Below, piece after piece: positions 20,392 to 30,291 of a stretch of DNA of 64,000 nt (its first letter is position 1; each line of letters opens with the position of its first letter). The position numbers and the translations under genes are program-made. Under the pieces are notes generated by a model. It was not told the origin of the DNA. It was given only the letters and a program-made list of their open reading frames with translations, and ran no database searches. The stretch comes from Microcoleus sp. (GTDB taxonomy: Bacteria; Cyanobacteriota; Cyanobacteriia; Cyanobacteriales; Microcoleaceae). The DNA is taken from positions 800,001 to 864,000 of the forward strand of contig CP181291.1 in NCBI GenBank assembly GCA_052279835.1, given 5' to 3'.

Positions 20392-20519
20392 TTTGCTTGA
20401 CCTATAGCGAGGGCGCTAAGTTATTGACTACTTAAAAAGATATTAATAATTGTTTTTTTATCTATCAAATCATAATTTGGGGCAACTTGCCATCATCCCT
20501 GAGACAGATTTGAAGAAGT

Positions 20520-20602
20520 CGGTTGTTGGTTGCTTGTTGACTGTTGACTGTTGCTATATCCCCATGGGAGCCTCTCCCCATCTGCCCATCTACCCATCTG
20601 CT
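20520..20602. repeat. Short tandem heptamer/octamer repeats (STRR-like)
   Basis: (GTTGACT)n-like and (CCCATCT.)n units. Confidence 0.6.
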
Positions 20603-20658
20603 CCTCTCTTTGTTATGATGAAGAGACAAATAAGCTGATTTCAGGGGACTAACTGAGC

Positions 20659-23600
20659 GTGAATCACAAGCTGGCAAAAACGATCTGGTTATTTTTGGCA
20701 GCGGCAATCATGTTCGGATTCATGGGTTATACACTTCAAAATCCAAATTCTGCAAGCAATTCAGTTATTTCGATCGGCTTTCCCAATCTTAACATCGCCA
20801 ACCAGAGTGCGATCGACAATACAGGCGATCGCATCTATCTCAACGGCACATGGCAATTTGTCCCCGCCCTTGGCAATTCCCAAAATCCCCCCTCATCCCC
20901 AAGCTGGGGCTCAATTCAAGTACCCGGAGACTGGCTGGAAGAAAACAGCAAAGCCATACCAGGAATCATCTCTCGTGGTACTGGTAAAGAGTGGGAAAAT
21001 TTCAGAAACAAACAACTATCTAAAGCCTGGTATCAGCGGACAATAGACATTCCCACTGACTGGACAAACCGCCGAATTTTCATAGATTTAGCCAGAGTCA
21101 GCACCGATGCAGTCATCTTTATCAACGGGATTAACTGCGGTCAAATTGATTGGCCCTACGGCACTCTGGAAATTACTAAAGTAGCCAAACCAGGTCAAAA
21201 TACGATATCGATTTTAGTCGCTGCTATCTCCGAAGAAAAAGAGAAAGTAGTGATTATGGGACCGAGTGAAATCTACACCAAAGAATCCAACCTCCTCTCG
21301 CGAGGAATCATCGGTGAAGTCAGAATTTTTAGCAGACCCCCAGGTCCGTTAATTAGCGATGTCTTTGTTCAAACTTCCACCCGAAACCACCAAATAAAAT
21401 TAGATATAGAACTCAAAGATATTAAACAAAACGGGCAAATTCAGTTAGTAGCTCAAATGTTCGATGAAAAGGGCAAAGTCGAACAAAAATTTACCGGAAT
21501 AGCTCAAGTTAAAGCTAAACCAACTCAAACCGTAAACATCCAGTGGGACTGGAAAAACCCCCGGATTTGGGACCTCGGTCAACCCAACCTTTATAACCTG
21601 CAATTACAAGTAACAGGAACTGGCATTAATACGCAGTACGACCAACCTTTTGGCTTCCGAGAATTTTGGATAGAAGGGCGTAAATTTTTCTTAAATGGAA
21701 CAGAATTGCGGCTGCGACCAACCTTACATTCCGATACATGGGAAGGTGGTAGTGTCGTCGGAGCCCAAAAATTAATTGAGGGCTACCTGAAAGCCGGTTT
21801 TAATATCATAGAAATGTGGCCTTGGGATCATGACGAACGGGGGCGCTGGCATTTTCGAGAACTGTTTTCGGAAATAGCAGACATCAAAGGTTTTCCCATT
21901 ATGGCTCCCGCTTTAGATATTACTTCCATAGGTTGGAACGGCCAGTGGAAAAACCACCAAACAAGAGAACGCTGGGAAGGACGAATGGCCACAGAAATGC
22001 GGCGATATCGCAATCACCCCTCAGTTTTAATGTGGGCAACCAGTCCTAATTTTTTTGGCAACAATGATGACCAAAATCCTCGTCGCATCGGTAATAAAAA
22101 ACTAACAGGAACCCTGGGAACAATTGATGATAAGCGTTTGCCAGAGATAGCACCTTTGGCAAAGGATCTGTATTCTGCTATCAAAAAAGTCGATCCAACT
22201 AGACCTGTAATGTTACATCAAGGTGCAAATTTTGGCGATGTTTATGCGCTTAATTCTTATTTAAATCTAATTCCATTGCAAGAAAGAGAAGAGTGGATTT
22301 CTGAGTGGAGCAAAACAGGAGAAATGCCCTACATGGTGGTGGAATTTGGGACTCCACTACAAGTAACTATGATGCGAAATAGGGATGGTTACGCTAGCGT
22401 TATTTTCAGCGAACCATGGAGCACGGAGTTTGCAGCCATTTATTTGGGTAAACAGGCTTATGAGTTAGAAACTGAAAGTTATAAAAATGAAATTCGGAAC
22501 AAATTTATTAAGGGTCAGGAGTATAAAAACTGGCATATGAATCCAGAGTTAGATTTTGCACCGGCTTTTCAAAAGTTGCAGCAGTTATTCAGTACAAATA
22601 CTTGGCGCAGTTGGCGGACTTTTGGGATGTCTGGGGGGATGATTCCTTGGAGTGATGGCCACGGTTGGCAAGTTTCGGATGTTGGTAAAACTAAGGTAGA
22701 TGTTGGAGAATTTCAACCGGGACAGCGGGGGGTTTATTTGAAGCAGATGTCGAAGAGTCTGATGTATTATTTGCAGCCAGAAGCTTACAATATTTATCCG
22801 GCTGGCGAGGCCATTATCAAAAATAATGGTCCTACTTTGGCTTGGATTGCTGGTGCTAGTCCCGCTTTTGTTACCAAAGACCACAGTTTTTTTGCGGGGG
22901 GAAAACTGGCAAAGCAAATAGTATTAATTAACGATACTAGAAGTCAACAAAATTTTAGTTTTAATTGGCAAGTTTTGGTGGATGGGAAAGAGGTGAAAAA
23001 AGGCGATCGCCAGGGAACTATTGACACCGCAGGTACGCTGTTTTTCCCAATTGATGTGATTTTACCTCAGAAGGTTTCGGGCAAGGTTGATGGCGAAATT
23101 CGTCTGAGTGCGAAGGTGGGCGATCGCCCCCACGTTGATAATTTTTCGTTCCGGGTATTTGACAATCCAAGCAAAATCAAGGATAAGCTGACAATCTTCG
23201 ATCCTGTGGGCAAAACATCGGCGATGTTAAAACAATTAGGTTATGAACTTGTGCCTTGGAATGGTAATGTCGGGGCAACCACGGGAGGGGCAACCACGGG
23301 AGGGGCAACCACGGGGGGATTGCCCCTACTAATTATTGGTAGGGAAGCATTTTCTAGCGGGCAAAATTTGCCAGGAAATTTAGAAACTTTTGTGCGGAAT
23401 GGTGGTAAGGTAATTGTGTTTTCCCAAAGCAGGGAATGGCTGCGAAATATGGGTTTGCGGATTGCACAACACATCAGCCGTCGAGTTTATCCAATTAATA
23501 GCAACCACCAGGCAGTTAGCGGTTTGGACGAGGCTGATTTGCGGGATTGGATAGGACAAAGCACTTTGATTGAAGCTTATCCAGATACTGTTCATACGGT

Positions 23601-24516
23601 CGGAAAATTGAGTCCAAAAAATTCACATTGGTACGGCTGGCATTGGGGCAATCATGGGGGTGTCAGCAGCGCTTCTATTGAGAAGCCTCACCGCACTTCT
23701 TGGCGGCCGATTTTGGAGTCGGAGTTTGATTTAGCTTATTCGCCGTTGATGGAATTGGATTATGGAAAAGGGCGATTGATTTTAAATGAGTTGGATTTGG
23801 AAGACCATTTTGCTGCGGATGCTGGGGCGGCGCAATTAGTCCAGAAGCTTGTGAGTTATGGGATGAATTCTATTGTTTCTGGGAAGCCGGATAAAGTGGT
23901 TTTAATTGGGGGAGATCGGGATAGGAAGAAGTTGGATGATTTGGGGGTAATTTATCAGCGGGCTAATGGGCTTTCTCCAGATGTTGGTTTGGCGATTATC
24001 GGGGCCGAGGCCAATGTGAAAGATGCTGATTTGCGGGGTTATTTGAATGCTGGCGGCAAGGTGTTTTTCTTGCCGCGTCAAGTGCCTGTTGCTGGTTTGG
24101 GTGTGGGTTTGCAGCCTGTTCAAAATTTTCGTGGTTCGCTGGCGGTTCCGAGTTGGGATGAGGTGAAAGGGGTTAGTGGTTCGGATTTGCGATCGCGCTC
24201 TTTTTATGATAGTTGGTTGATTAAGTCTGGGGGAGAAATTGGTGCTGACGGTTTGTTAAGTCGGGTTGCTGTAGGTAAGGGTGTGGCGATTTTTTCTCAG
24301 ATTGACCCGGATGGTTTGAATGCTGATACTAAGACTTATTTGCGTTTTACTCGCTGGCGACAAACTCGCGCGAATGCTCAGATTTTGGCTAATTTGGGGG
24401 CTAGTTTTAAGGAGGATGGGGTGGTGTTTAATGGTTCGAGCAATCAGTTTTATCATTCTGATTATAGGACGGATTTTGAGAATGGGGATAATCCTTATCG
24501 CTATTATCGATGGTAA
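20659..24516 (+). CDS. Secreted or membrane-anchored glycoside hydrolase family 2-like protein
   Basis: Signal-like N-terminus; LNGTWQF, FINGI, W..P.LY.L, FGFREF and RNHPSVLMW motifs. Confidence 0.8.
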   Translation: MNHKLAKTIWLFLAAAIMFGFMGYTLQNPNSASNSVISIGFPNLNIANQSAIDNTGDRIYLNGTWQFVPALGNSQNPPSSPSWGSIQVPGDWLEENSKAIPGIISRGTGKEWENFRNKQLSKAWYQRTIDIPTDWTNRRIFIDLARVSTDAVIFINGINCGQIDWPYGTLEITKVAKPGQNTISILVAAISEEKEKVVIMGPSEIYTKESNLLSRGIIGEVRIFSRPPGPLISDVFVQTSTRNHQIKLDIELKDIKQNGQIQLVAQMFDEKGKVEQKFTGIAQVKAKPTQTVNIQWDWKNPRIWDLGQPNLYNLQLQVTGTGINTQYDQPFGFREFWIEGRKFFLNGTELRLRPTLHSDTWEGGSVVGAQKLIEGYLKAGFNIIEMWPWDHDERGRWHFRELFSEIADIKGFPIMAPALDITSIGWNGQWKNHQTRERWEGRMATEMRRYRNHPSVLMWATSPNFFGNNDDQNPRRIGNKKLTGTLGTIDDKRLPEIAPLAKDLYSAIKKVDPTRPVMLHQGANFGDVYALNSYLNLIPLQEREEWISEWSKTGEMPYMVVEFGTPLQVTMMRNRDGYASVIFSEPWSTEFAAIYLGKQAYELETESYKNEIRNKFIKGQEYKNWHMNPELDFAPAFQKLQQLFSTNTWRSWRTFGMSGGMIPWSDGHGWQVSDVGKTKVDVGEFQPGQRGVYLKQMSKSLMYYLQPEAYNIYPAGEAIIKNNGPTLAWIAGASPAFVTKDHSFFAGGKLAKQIVLINDTRSQQNFSFNWQVLVDGKEVKKGDRQGTIDTAGTLFFPIDVILPQKVSGKVDGEIRLSAKVGDRPHVDNFSFRVFDNPSKIKDKLTIFDPVGKTSAMLKQLGYELVPWNGNVGATTGGATTGGATTGGLPLLIIGREAFSSGQNLPGNLETFVRNGGKVIVFSQSREWLRNMGLRIAQHISRRVYPINSNHQAVSGLDEADLRDWIGQSTLIEAYPDTVHTVGKLSPKNSHWYGWHWGNHGGVSSASIEKPHRTSWRPILESEFDLAYSPLMELDYGKGRLILNELDLEDHFAADAGAAQLVQKLVSYGMNSIVSGKPDKVVLIGGDRDRKKLDDLGVIYQRANGLSPDVGLAIIGAEANVKDADLRGYLNAGGKVFFLPRQVPVAGLGVGLQPVQNFRGSLAVPSWDEVKGVSGSDLRSRSFYDSWLIKSGGEIGADGLLSRVAVGKGVAIFSQIDPDGLNADTKTYLRFTRWRQTRANAQILANLGASFKEDGVVFNGSSNQFYHSDYRTDFENGDNPYRYYRW
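23269..23329. repeat. In-frame REP-like element with triplicated 15-mer
   Basis: (GGGGCAACCACGGGA)x3 ending in TTGCCCCTAC; encodes GATTG repeats. Confidence 0.85.
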
Positions 24517-24518
24517 GA

Positions 24519-24571
24519 TTTTTTAACCGCAGAGGGCGCAGAGGGCGCAGAGGAAGAGAGGAGAGAGATGA
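24519..24571. repeat. TTTTTAACCGCAGAG(GGCGCAGAG)n repeat
   Basis: Near-identical to 43372-43425 and the reverse complement of 45416-45469. Confidence 0.8.
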
Positions 24572-24600
24572 ATATTTTAGTCTGGGACGCATTTCGACCA

Positions 24601-24667
24601 AAGAAACCGGGTTTTTTACTAAATCTGTGGTTTGTAACGAAGTATTTTTGTAAAAAACCCGGTTTCT
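24601..24667. repeat. AGAAACCGGGTTTTTT...AAAAAACCCGGTTTCT palindromic element
   Basis: Same arms recur at 33663-33731, 37214-37277 and 48086-48151. Confidence 0.85.
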
Positions 24668-24702
24668 GAGCCCCTATGCGTAAGTCTTAATATTGTTAGA
24701 TA

Positions 24703-24948
24703 TTACAGGTCAAAGTGACGCCGGAAGCGGGGGTCTAGTTTGTCGGTTTTCTTTTGGTTGCAGGTGCGGCATAGGGTTTGCAGGTTGCTGATGTCGTTGC
24801 TGCCGCCGCGGGCTAGGGGGATGATATGATCGATCGAGAGTTGGGTTTCTTGTTTGGTTTGGCCGCAACTTTGGCATTGGTATTTGTTGCGGGTAAATAC
24901 GTATTTTCTGACTTCTGGGGGAATGGGGATTCTAGGGGTTTTAGTCAT
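24703..24948 (-). CDS. Small HNH endonuclease
   Basis: CQSC...IDHIIP...GGSN...NLQTLCRTCN. Confidence 0.93.
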   Translation of the reverse strand: MTKTPRIPIPPEVRKYVFTRNKYQCQSCGQTKQETQLSIDHIIPLARGGSNDISNLQTLCRTCNQKKTDKLDPRFRRHFDL

Positions 24949-25385
24949 GAGTTGTTGGGTTGATTTTGATGGTTTAGTAGTTGGCGGCGCAAATCATCGA
25001 GGGGGGATTCTGGCGGGCTGATTTCTAATTGATTGTTTTCTGGTGTTTCTTCAACTTCTGGTTCGTCTGGACAAAATTCTATAGTGACATTGAGTTTGAG
25101 CTTAATTTTTCCTTTCTTCCAGCCCGGAGCACCCACTCTGAGAATTTCACAATTTATACCTTGACCAAACCATTCTTCGTATGATAAACGTTGTCGGAAA
25201 TCGTTGTGAGGTATATTGATATGTAAGTTCTGTTCTCTTAACGATTTATTGAGTGTCTCTCCTAACTCATACTCAGGCAAAACTCTATTTACTGTTTTCT
25301 TGAGTTTTTCTATTTTAAGCATTGCGTTACCAAAAGATAAAGCATCATCATTACCGCAGTTGTGCAGATCAAATTTATCTTCCAT
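24945..25385 (-). CDS. KGK domain protein
   Basis: WFGQGINCEILRVG...GWKKGKIKL...IEFCPDE...SPLDDLR. Confidence 0.9.
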   Translation of the reverse strand: MEDKFDLHNCGNDDALSFGNAMLKIEKLKKTVNRVLPEYELGETLNKSLREQNLHINIPHNDFRQRLSYEEWFGQGINCEILRVGAPGWKKGKIKLKLNVTIEFCPDEPEVEETPENNQLEISPPESPLDDLRRQLLNHQNQPNNS

Positions 25386-25413
25386 ATTCTTGCCCGCCTC
25401 AAGTAAGTCCTAT

Positions 25414-25779
25414 TTAATCTACTATTTCTAGTTCCAAAGCTACCATCAAACACCGATTAACGTGGTTTATAGCCTCTGTTGAAAGGGAACCCAGTTTCCG
25501 AGTAATCATTGATTTATTCAGGGTAAAAATGGACTCGCATCTAACTACAGACTCCACTCTAATACCAGCTAATGCAATTTCCTCTCCTGTTATCAAATAT
25601 TGAGCCACCGTCACAGGGCGATTTGTCTTAGAAGTACAAGGTACAACCATCACATCGTCAAGAATTTGGTTGAGATTATCTGCCGAAATTATTACAGCCG
25701 GACGCAGTTTAAACTGTGTTAGCTGAGTTGAAGGCATTGGCACTTGAGCCAACACTAGATCACCGCGCCGTAAGTTCAT
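25414..25779 (-). CDS. PemK/MazF family toxin
   Basis: RRGDLVL...KLRPAVIIS...VVPCTS...SVVRCESI; ATG at 25779 overlaps the upstream small ORF. Confidence 0.88.
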   Translation of the reverse strand: MNLRRGDLVLAQVPMPSTQLTQFKLRPAVIISADNLNQILDDVMVVPCTSKTNRPVTVAQYLITGEEIALAGIRVESVVRCESIFTLNKSMITRKLGSLSTEAINHVNRCLMVALELEIVD

Positions 25780-25963
25780 CGGCAAATATCTCATCATAAA
25801 TGTCATTTTCCGTACTCAGCCAATCTTGATAAGCTTGGGATTCAAGCATCGGTTGAATAGATTCTTGCCCGCTTTTCAAAAAAAGCGCTAAGTTCAGAAG
25901 TATTGCTAACTTCTCATCGGGAAGTTGCTCAATTATAGTTAGAAGTTTTTGGCGAATGTTCAT
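25760..25963 (-). CDS. Putative antitoxin partner of the MazF-like toxin
   Basis: 67 aa with acidic C-terminus (DWLSTENDIYDE), overlaps the toxin start. Confidence 0.7.
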   Translation of the reverse strand: MNIRQKLLTIIEQLPDEKLAILLNLALFLKSGQESIQPMLESQAYQDWLSTENDIYDEIFADELTAR

Positions 25964-26019
25964 AGGATTAAAGTCGCTCTTTGTTGGGTATTATAGCACA
26001 ATAAACACAATAAAGATAC

Positions 26020-26133
26020 CCGGCGAATAGAATTCGCGGCTACACAAACGAAGTCCGCCTCCGCGGACTAAGAATGTTTTTTCAACCCGCGCAGGTGGGT
26101 TTTGTCTGTGTAGGTGCGATTTCCAATCGCCGG
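26020..26133. repeat. Palindromic miniature element CCGGCGA...TCGCCGG with internal hairpins
   Basis: Terminal inverted arms plus AGTCCGCCTCCGCGGACT and AACCCGCGCAGGTGGGTT hairpins; partial relative at 59940-59990. Confidence 0.7.
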
Positions 26134-26156
26134 AATTTCGATCGCCAAAATTGCAA

Positions 26157-28625
26157 TCATTCGCCATCCACCGAAACACCATCATTTTGTGCAATTACGG
26201 GTAACAAATGTTCGTGCAATTTCATCGCCTGCAAACAGCTATTAATCCCCGAAACCGCCCGATCGTACTTTTCGATTTTTTCATCATTCTCCCCTTGCAG
26301 CCGCTGATTCCTAGCGATTTTCTCCTCTGCCTCCTGCGCCAAAGTTTGCTCCACATAATCGCGGGCTTGGTTGTATTTCTGCAAAATATCATCCGCTTGC
26401 TTTTGGGCCATCGGTAACAAATGATCTTTCAGGGTTTTATTAACTGTTTGGCGGAAGGTTTGGCGGATGGTTTTCGATACTTTTGGCTCGAAATCTAGGC
26501 GCAACAATTGCCTAATTGCTGGTTGGGCATCTACCATGTTTTCGCAGTCATAACCTTGGGATGTTTGCTGCAATGTTTGCCGGAATTGATAAATGGAAAA
26601 CGTGTCTTCGTCGTAAAAACGGGGACTTTCTCGCACGTAGCGATCGCACTCAACGCCGGCCGCATTCACCAAAGCATCAGAAACCTGCTTTGACAACTCA
26701 TCTAACTGCTGTTCAATTCCCCCGTCATTCCCCAACAATCGATAAAGTAATCGATAATATTCAGACTTCCGCACGCTGTCTTTCAAATACTGGAAAAAGT
26801 TAGCAACTAAGGAAGCAGTAGACTCTACTAAAATATCTTCTAACTGATTGGCTAAATAGTAAAGCGCCTCAACTAAAACAGCAATTAAAGGTGCTGTCGC
26901 ATTGCGGGGATGAGCGAGCACAGTACGCCCGTAAGCTGCCTCAACGGAAAAACTATCTAATAATTCATCTAAGCGCCGAATCATGCGAGATTGCAGTTGC
27001 CGAAAATCGGTATCAAAAATATCGCATTTATTCATAATCATTTCATTGATTTCTGTGGCGATATGTTCCCGAAAATCCTGCCCTACTTGCTGCAATTCTT
27101 GATTTAAGCGCAGAAGTTCCTGTGCTTTCATCGCCTCAATTTCGCGGGGCTGGCTGTCTAAATTCCGGTGGATTGTTTGGTAGTGTTTCCGCAGTTGAAT
27201 GCACAAGTCTTCTAAATCGTCGGCGAGGTTTTTGAACAGTTGCGGGCGTTTTTCTTCGGTGAGGTAGCGGGTAATTCCCGTGCGAAAATCTTCGATGCCG
27301 CTATCTTGAATTAATTGCTCGATTAATGGTCTTCCTTGTTCTGCTAGAATCCGCACGTAGTTTTCGTTTGGTGTTTCGTAGCTGTTAACTGAAATCCGAA
27401 ATTGGCTGGGAGATAACTTGCCGGAATTGGCACAGTAGCGGTTAAATTCGTTGATAAATTGTGGAGTTTCTTCGCTATTCTCGCTACCATTACCCGTATT
27501 GTAGGGGCGGGTTTTACCGATCGACTCTGAATCTAAGTTACTATCTACATCAACCCGCCCTCTTTCGGCAAATATTGTATTTAAGCCAAAGCGATCGCGA
27601 CTTGTGGTATTTTTAATCAAACTGGCGTAAAATCCCAACAATCCGCTAGTTTTGTAAACTCTGGTAGTATCGCGAAAGTCGGAGTTAATCAGATTTTCTA
27701 AGCGCTGTCGCAGTTGGGTGTTGTACCAAGTTTCGTCGATGCGGTTGAAAATGTAAAAAAGGCGATCGCGAATTCCCGGATTTCCCTTGGTTTTTTCCAT
27801 CAACTCGGTTTCTTCCGTCGTCATTTCCCCTGACGAAGCTGCTTTTAAAACGCAGACAACTGCCGAAGTATCCGGGCTTTCAATTTTATTATAAGTTAAT
27901 TCTGCATCCCGTTGTACAGGCGCATCAATTCCCGGCGTATCGATAATTATATTGCCATCTTGCAGCAGGGGATGATAACAATAATATTCGACGCGCTTGA
28001 GCACCGCACTGTTGCTACCGCGGCGAGCATAGCTAGCAGCTTCCTTGAGATTGGAAAAGTTAAACTGTTCCATCGAGTAGGTGGCGTTTTCGAGGGTGTG
28101 AATGCGATCGCGATTGGCTTCAAAACCTTCTAACAGCAGCATCAACGCCTTAGCTTGTTTGGCTAATTCCGATTTATTTTCGCCTCCTTCTTTTTCAATA
28201 ATTATTCTACAACCCTGAGACAAAAGTGGCACTACATCTGTTTGATTAATATTAAGTTCAGTAGTTAAGCCTAATTTTTCACAAAGAGCATAGGCTTGCT
28301 CTCGAATTTCCACTTCGCTCAAAAATGTGAGAACTACTCGCTCTTTGTCTGGCTCAGCAAAGGCGATATAACATTCAGTACCTGTGGCGTGTCCTTCTGC
28401 ACTGTAGAGCAATTCTCGCTCTAATAAAGCATTAATCAACATGGATTTTCCAGCACTGAAAGCACCCGCAAACACAATTTCAAATTCGGGAGCAATTGCT
28501 TTTTTCAAAGAAGCTTGCACTGCTGTAATATCTTGTTGTCGCAAAGATGATTCTTGACGCAGCAGTTGCAATAAACACTCTACGTGTTCTTGTAGATTTT
28601 GGCATTGAGGCGAATTTTGAGTCAT
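26157..28625 (-). CDS. Bacterial dynamin-like GTPase (KGK-associated, SynDLP-like)
   Basis: G1 GAFSAGKS, G2 HATG, G3 DTPG, G4 NRID; helical stalk with HPRN motif. Confidence 0.9.
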   Translation of the reverse strand: MTQNSPQCQNLQEHVECLLQLLRQESSLRQQDITAVQASLKKAIAPEFEIVFAGAFSAGKSMLINALLERELLYSAEGHATGTECYIAFAEPDKERVVLTFLSEVEIREQAYALCEKLGLTTELNINQTDVVPLLSQGCRIIIEKEGGENKSELAKQAKALMLLLEGFEANRDRIHTLENATYSMEQFNFSNLKEAASYARRGSNSAVLKRVEYYCYHPLLQDGNIIIDTPGIDAPVQRDAELTYNKIESPDTSAVVCVLKAASSGEMTTEETELMEKTKGNPGIRDRLFYIFNRIDETWYNTQLRQRLENLINSDFRDTTRVYKTSGLLGFYASLIKNTTSRDRFGLNTIFAERGRVDVDSNLDSESIGKTRPYNTGNGSENSEETPQFINEFNRYCANSGKLSPSQFRISVNSYETPNENYVRILAEQGRPLIEQLIQDSGIEDFRTGITRYLTEEKRPQLFKNLADDLEDLCIQLRKHYQTIHRNLDSQPREIEAMKAQELLRLNQELQQVGQDFREHIATEINEMIMNKCDIFDTDFRQLQSRMIRRLDELLDSFSVEAAYGRTVLAHPRNATAPLIAVLVEALYYLANQLEDILVESTASLVANFFQYLKDSVRKSEYYRLLYRLLGNDGGIEQQLDELSKQVSDALVNAAGVECDRYVRESPRFYDEDTFSIYQFRQTLQQTSQGYDCENMVDAQPAIRQLLRLDFEPKVSKTIRQTFRQTVNKTLKDHLLPMAQKQADDILQKYNQARDYVEQTLAQEAEEKIARNQRLQGENDEKIEKYDRAVSGINSCLQAMKLHEHLLPVIAQNDGVSVDGE
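27501..27563. repeat. In-frame REP-like palindrome in the dynamin gene
   Basis: GTAGGGGCGGGTTT...AACCCGCCCTC, 63 bp; same family as 2911-2971. Confidence 0.8.
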
Positions 28626-28895
28626 TGTGGCAAAATGTTCCTGATTATCTCATAATTATCTTAGTGTTAATTATCAGCTAGTTCCCAGTTCATCACAACA
28701 GTAATTTCACTTATATTATCCAGGGTAGCTGAAAGTATAGCCTATTAACGCGTTTAACTTCCATGCTCCTCCTGGGAAATAATGTCAGTCTTGCTTGCCC
28801 TCGCAAGATATCATAAAAAATCGAGGTCTGTCCTCCTAATTTTCGTTACTATATTGTACCTAGTAAAGAGTCAAATTTAACTCTATTAAACTAAA

Positions 28896-29957
28896 TTAAA
28901 AAGATAAATCTTGGCGTGGTTTAAAAGACTCAACCTCTCGCAATTTCTGGTATAATTCTCGTTCTTCCTCGCTAATTTCCTTGGGAATTAATACTAAGAT
29001 TTCTACCAATTGATCGCCCCGATCGCCATTTCCCGTCGGATAGCCCTTTCCCGCCAGCCGCAAGCGTTTGGACGAAGGAACTCCAGGGGGCAATTTCATT
29101 TTCACCCTACCATCGAGCGTGGGTACTTCCACCTCTCCACCCAGCACTGCTTCGCTAGGAGTCAGTGGCAATTCGCAGCAAATATCCGACATTTCTAAGC
29201 GAAAGAATGGATGGGGAGAAATCGTAATTTTCAAATACAAATCCCCGCCGCCAATGCCTTGATTTCGCAATCGAATTCGCTGACCAGATACCATAGCAGC
29301 AGGCAGATTTACTTCGATTGTCCGCCCGTCTTCTAAGGGAATGCGCTCTAGGCCTCCGGCATAGGCTTTTTCCAAACTCAAAGTCAGCGTGGCCTCAATA
29401 TCTCTTCTAATTTCTCGCTCTACTGTTTCTCTAACTTCCCTTCTAATTTCCCGATCCTCCATCTCTCTTCTAGGTTCCCTAGAATTAGCCACATAACTCG
29501 TTTTCTTAGATGCCGTACTCCACGGTTCCGGGGAACTAACTCGCTGTGCATCATTGGCTGTGCCCATCCTCACTTCCCGCCGTCTTCCGAGCACTTGGTC
29601 GAAAAACTTATTAAAATCAGAGTAGTCGCTAAAATCGACATTATCGGCAGTTTTTCTGCTGCTAGCTTTACTGTTTCCCCAAGTTGAAAAATTGGGAATT
29701 CGCACGCCTTGTTTGCTTTGAAAGCCTTTTTGCTTCCAAAATTTACTAAACTGATCGTATTGAGCGCGCTTATCGATATCTGAAAGAATATCATAGGCTT
29801 CATTAATATCCTTAAACCTATCTTCAGCAGATTTGTCCCCTGGATTGACGTCAGGGTGCAACTGTCTCGCCAGCCGTCGATAGGCTTTTTTGATTTCATC
29901 GGCGGAAGCATCTCTGGGTACTCCCAGAATTTGATAGTAATTGCGAAAGTTCTGCAT
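28896..29957 (-). CDS. dnaJ: DnaJ-family co-chaperone (J domain plus C-terminal domain, no Zn finger), DnaJ3-like
   Basis: NYYQILGV...HPDVN; GDLYL and LRLAGKGYP motifs; lies downstream of dnaK. Confidence 0.88.
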   Translation of the reverse strand: MQNFRNYYQILGVPRDASADEIKKAYRRLARQLHPDVNPGDKSAEDRFKDINEAYDILSDIDKRAQYDQFSKFWKQKGFQSKQGVRIPNFSTWGNSKASSRKTADNVDFSDYSDFNKFFDQVLGRRREVRMGTANDAQRVSSPEPWSTASKKTSYVANSREPRREMEDREIRREVRETVEREIRRDIEATLTLSLEKAYAGGLERIPLEDGRTIEVNLPAAMVSGQRIRLRNQGIGGGDLYLKITISPHPFFRLEMSDICCELPLTPSEAVLGGEVEVPTLDGRVKMKLPPGVPSSKRLRLAGKGYPTGNGDRGDQLVEILVLIPKEISEEERELYQKLREVESFKPRQDLSF

Positions 29958-29964
29958 AGTTTGA

Positions 29965-30045
29965 GAAGGAAGAAGGAAGAGGGAAGAAGTCACCCCCCCC
30001 TGCCCCCCCCAAGGGGGGAAGGAAGAAGGAAGAGGGAAGAAGGAG
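29965..30045. repeat. (GAAGAAG)n plus CCCCCCCTGCCCCCCCCAAGGGGGG block (left arm)
   Basis: Reverse complement of the block at 30292-30407. Confidence 0.8.
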
Positions 30046-30291
30046 TTTTAGTCTTGTAGTTTGTTAATTGTACTGACAATTAATCGTGTTAGTTCATCTA
30101 CTTCTTTTGTCAGATGTATTGTTCTCTATGGGTCATACAACATGATTTTCTCCTTGCTTACTATAGTAATCTCTATCTATTTCAAAGAAGTCTGGTGTAG
30201 TGGAGGAGGGAGGAGAGAGGAGAGAAAAAAGAAGTCTAGAAGAAGTTAGAAAAAAGCCGTCACATATTGTATGCGGAAAATCCGCTATTTT

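Noticed and set aside
28713..28830. Two AGGAGG motifs and a 17-codon minus-strand ORF (MEVKRVNRLYFQLPWII) upstream of the dynamin
   Set aside because: SD-ATG spacing is only 3 nt and there is no other support
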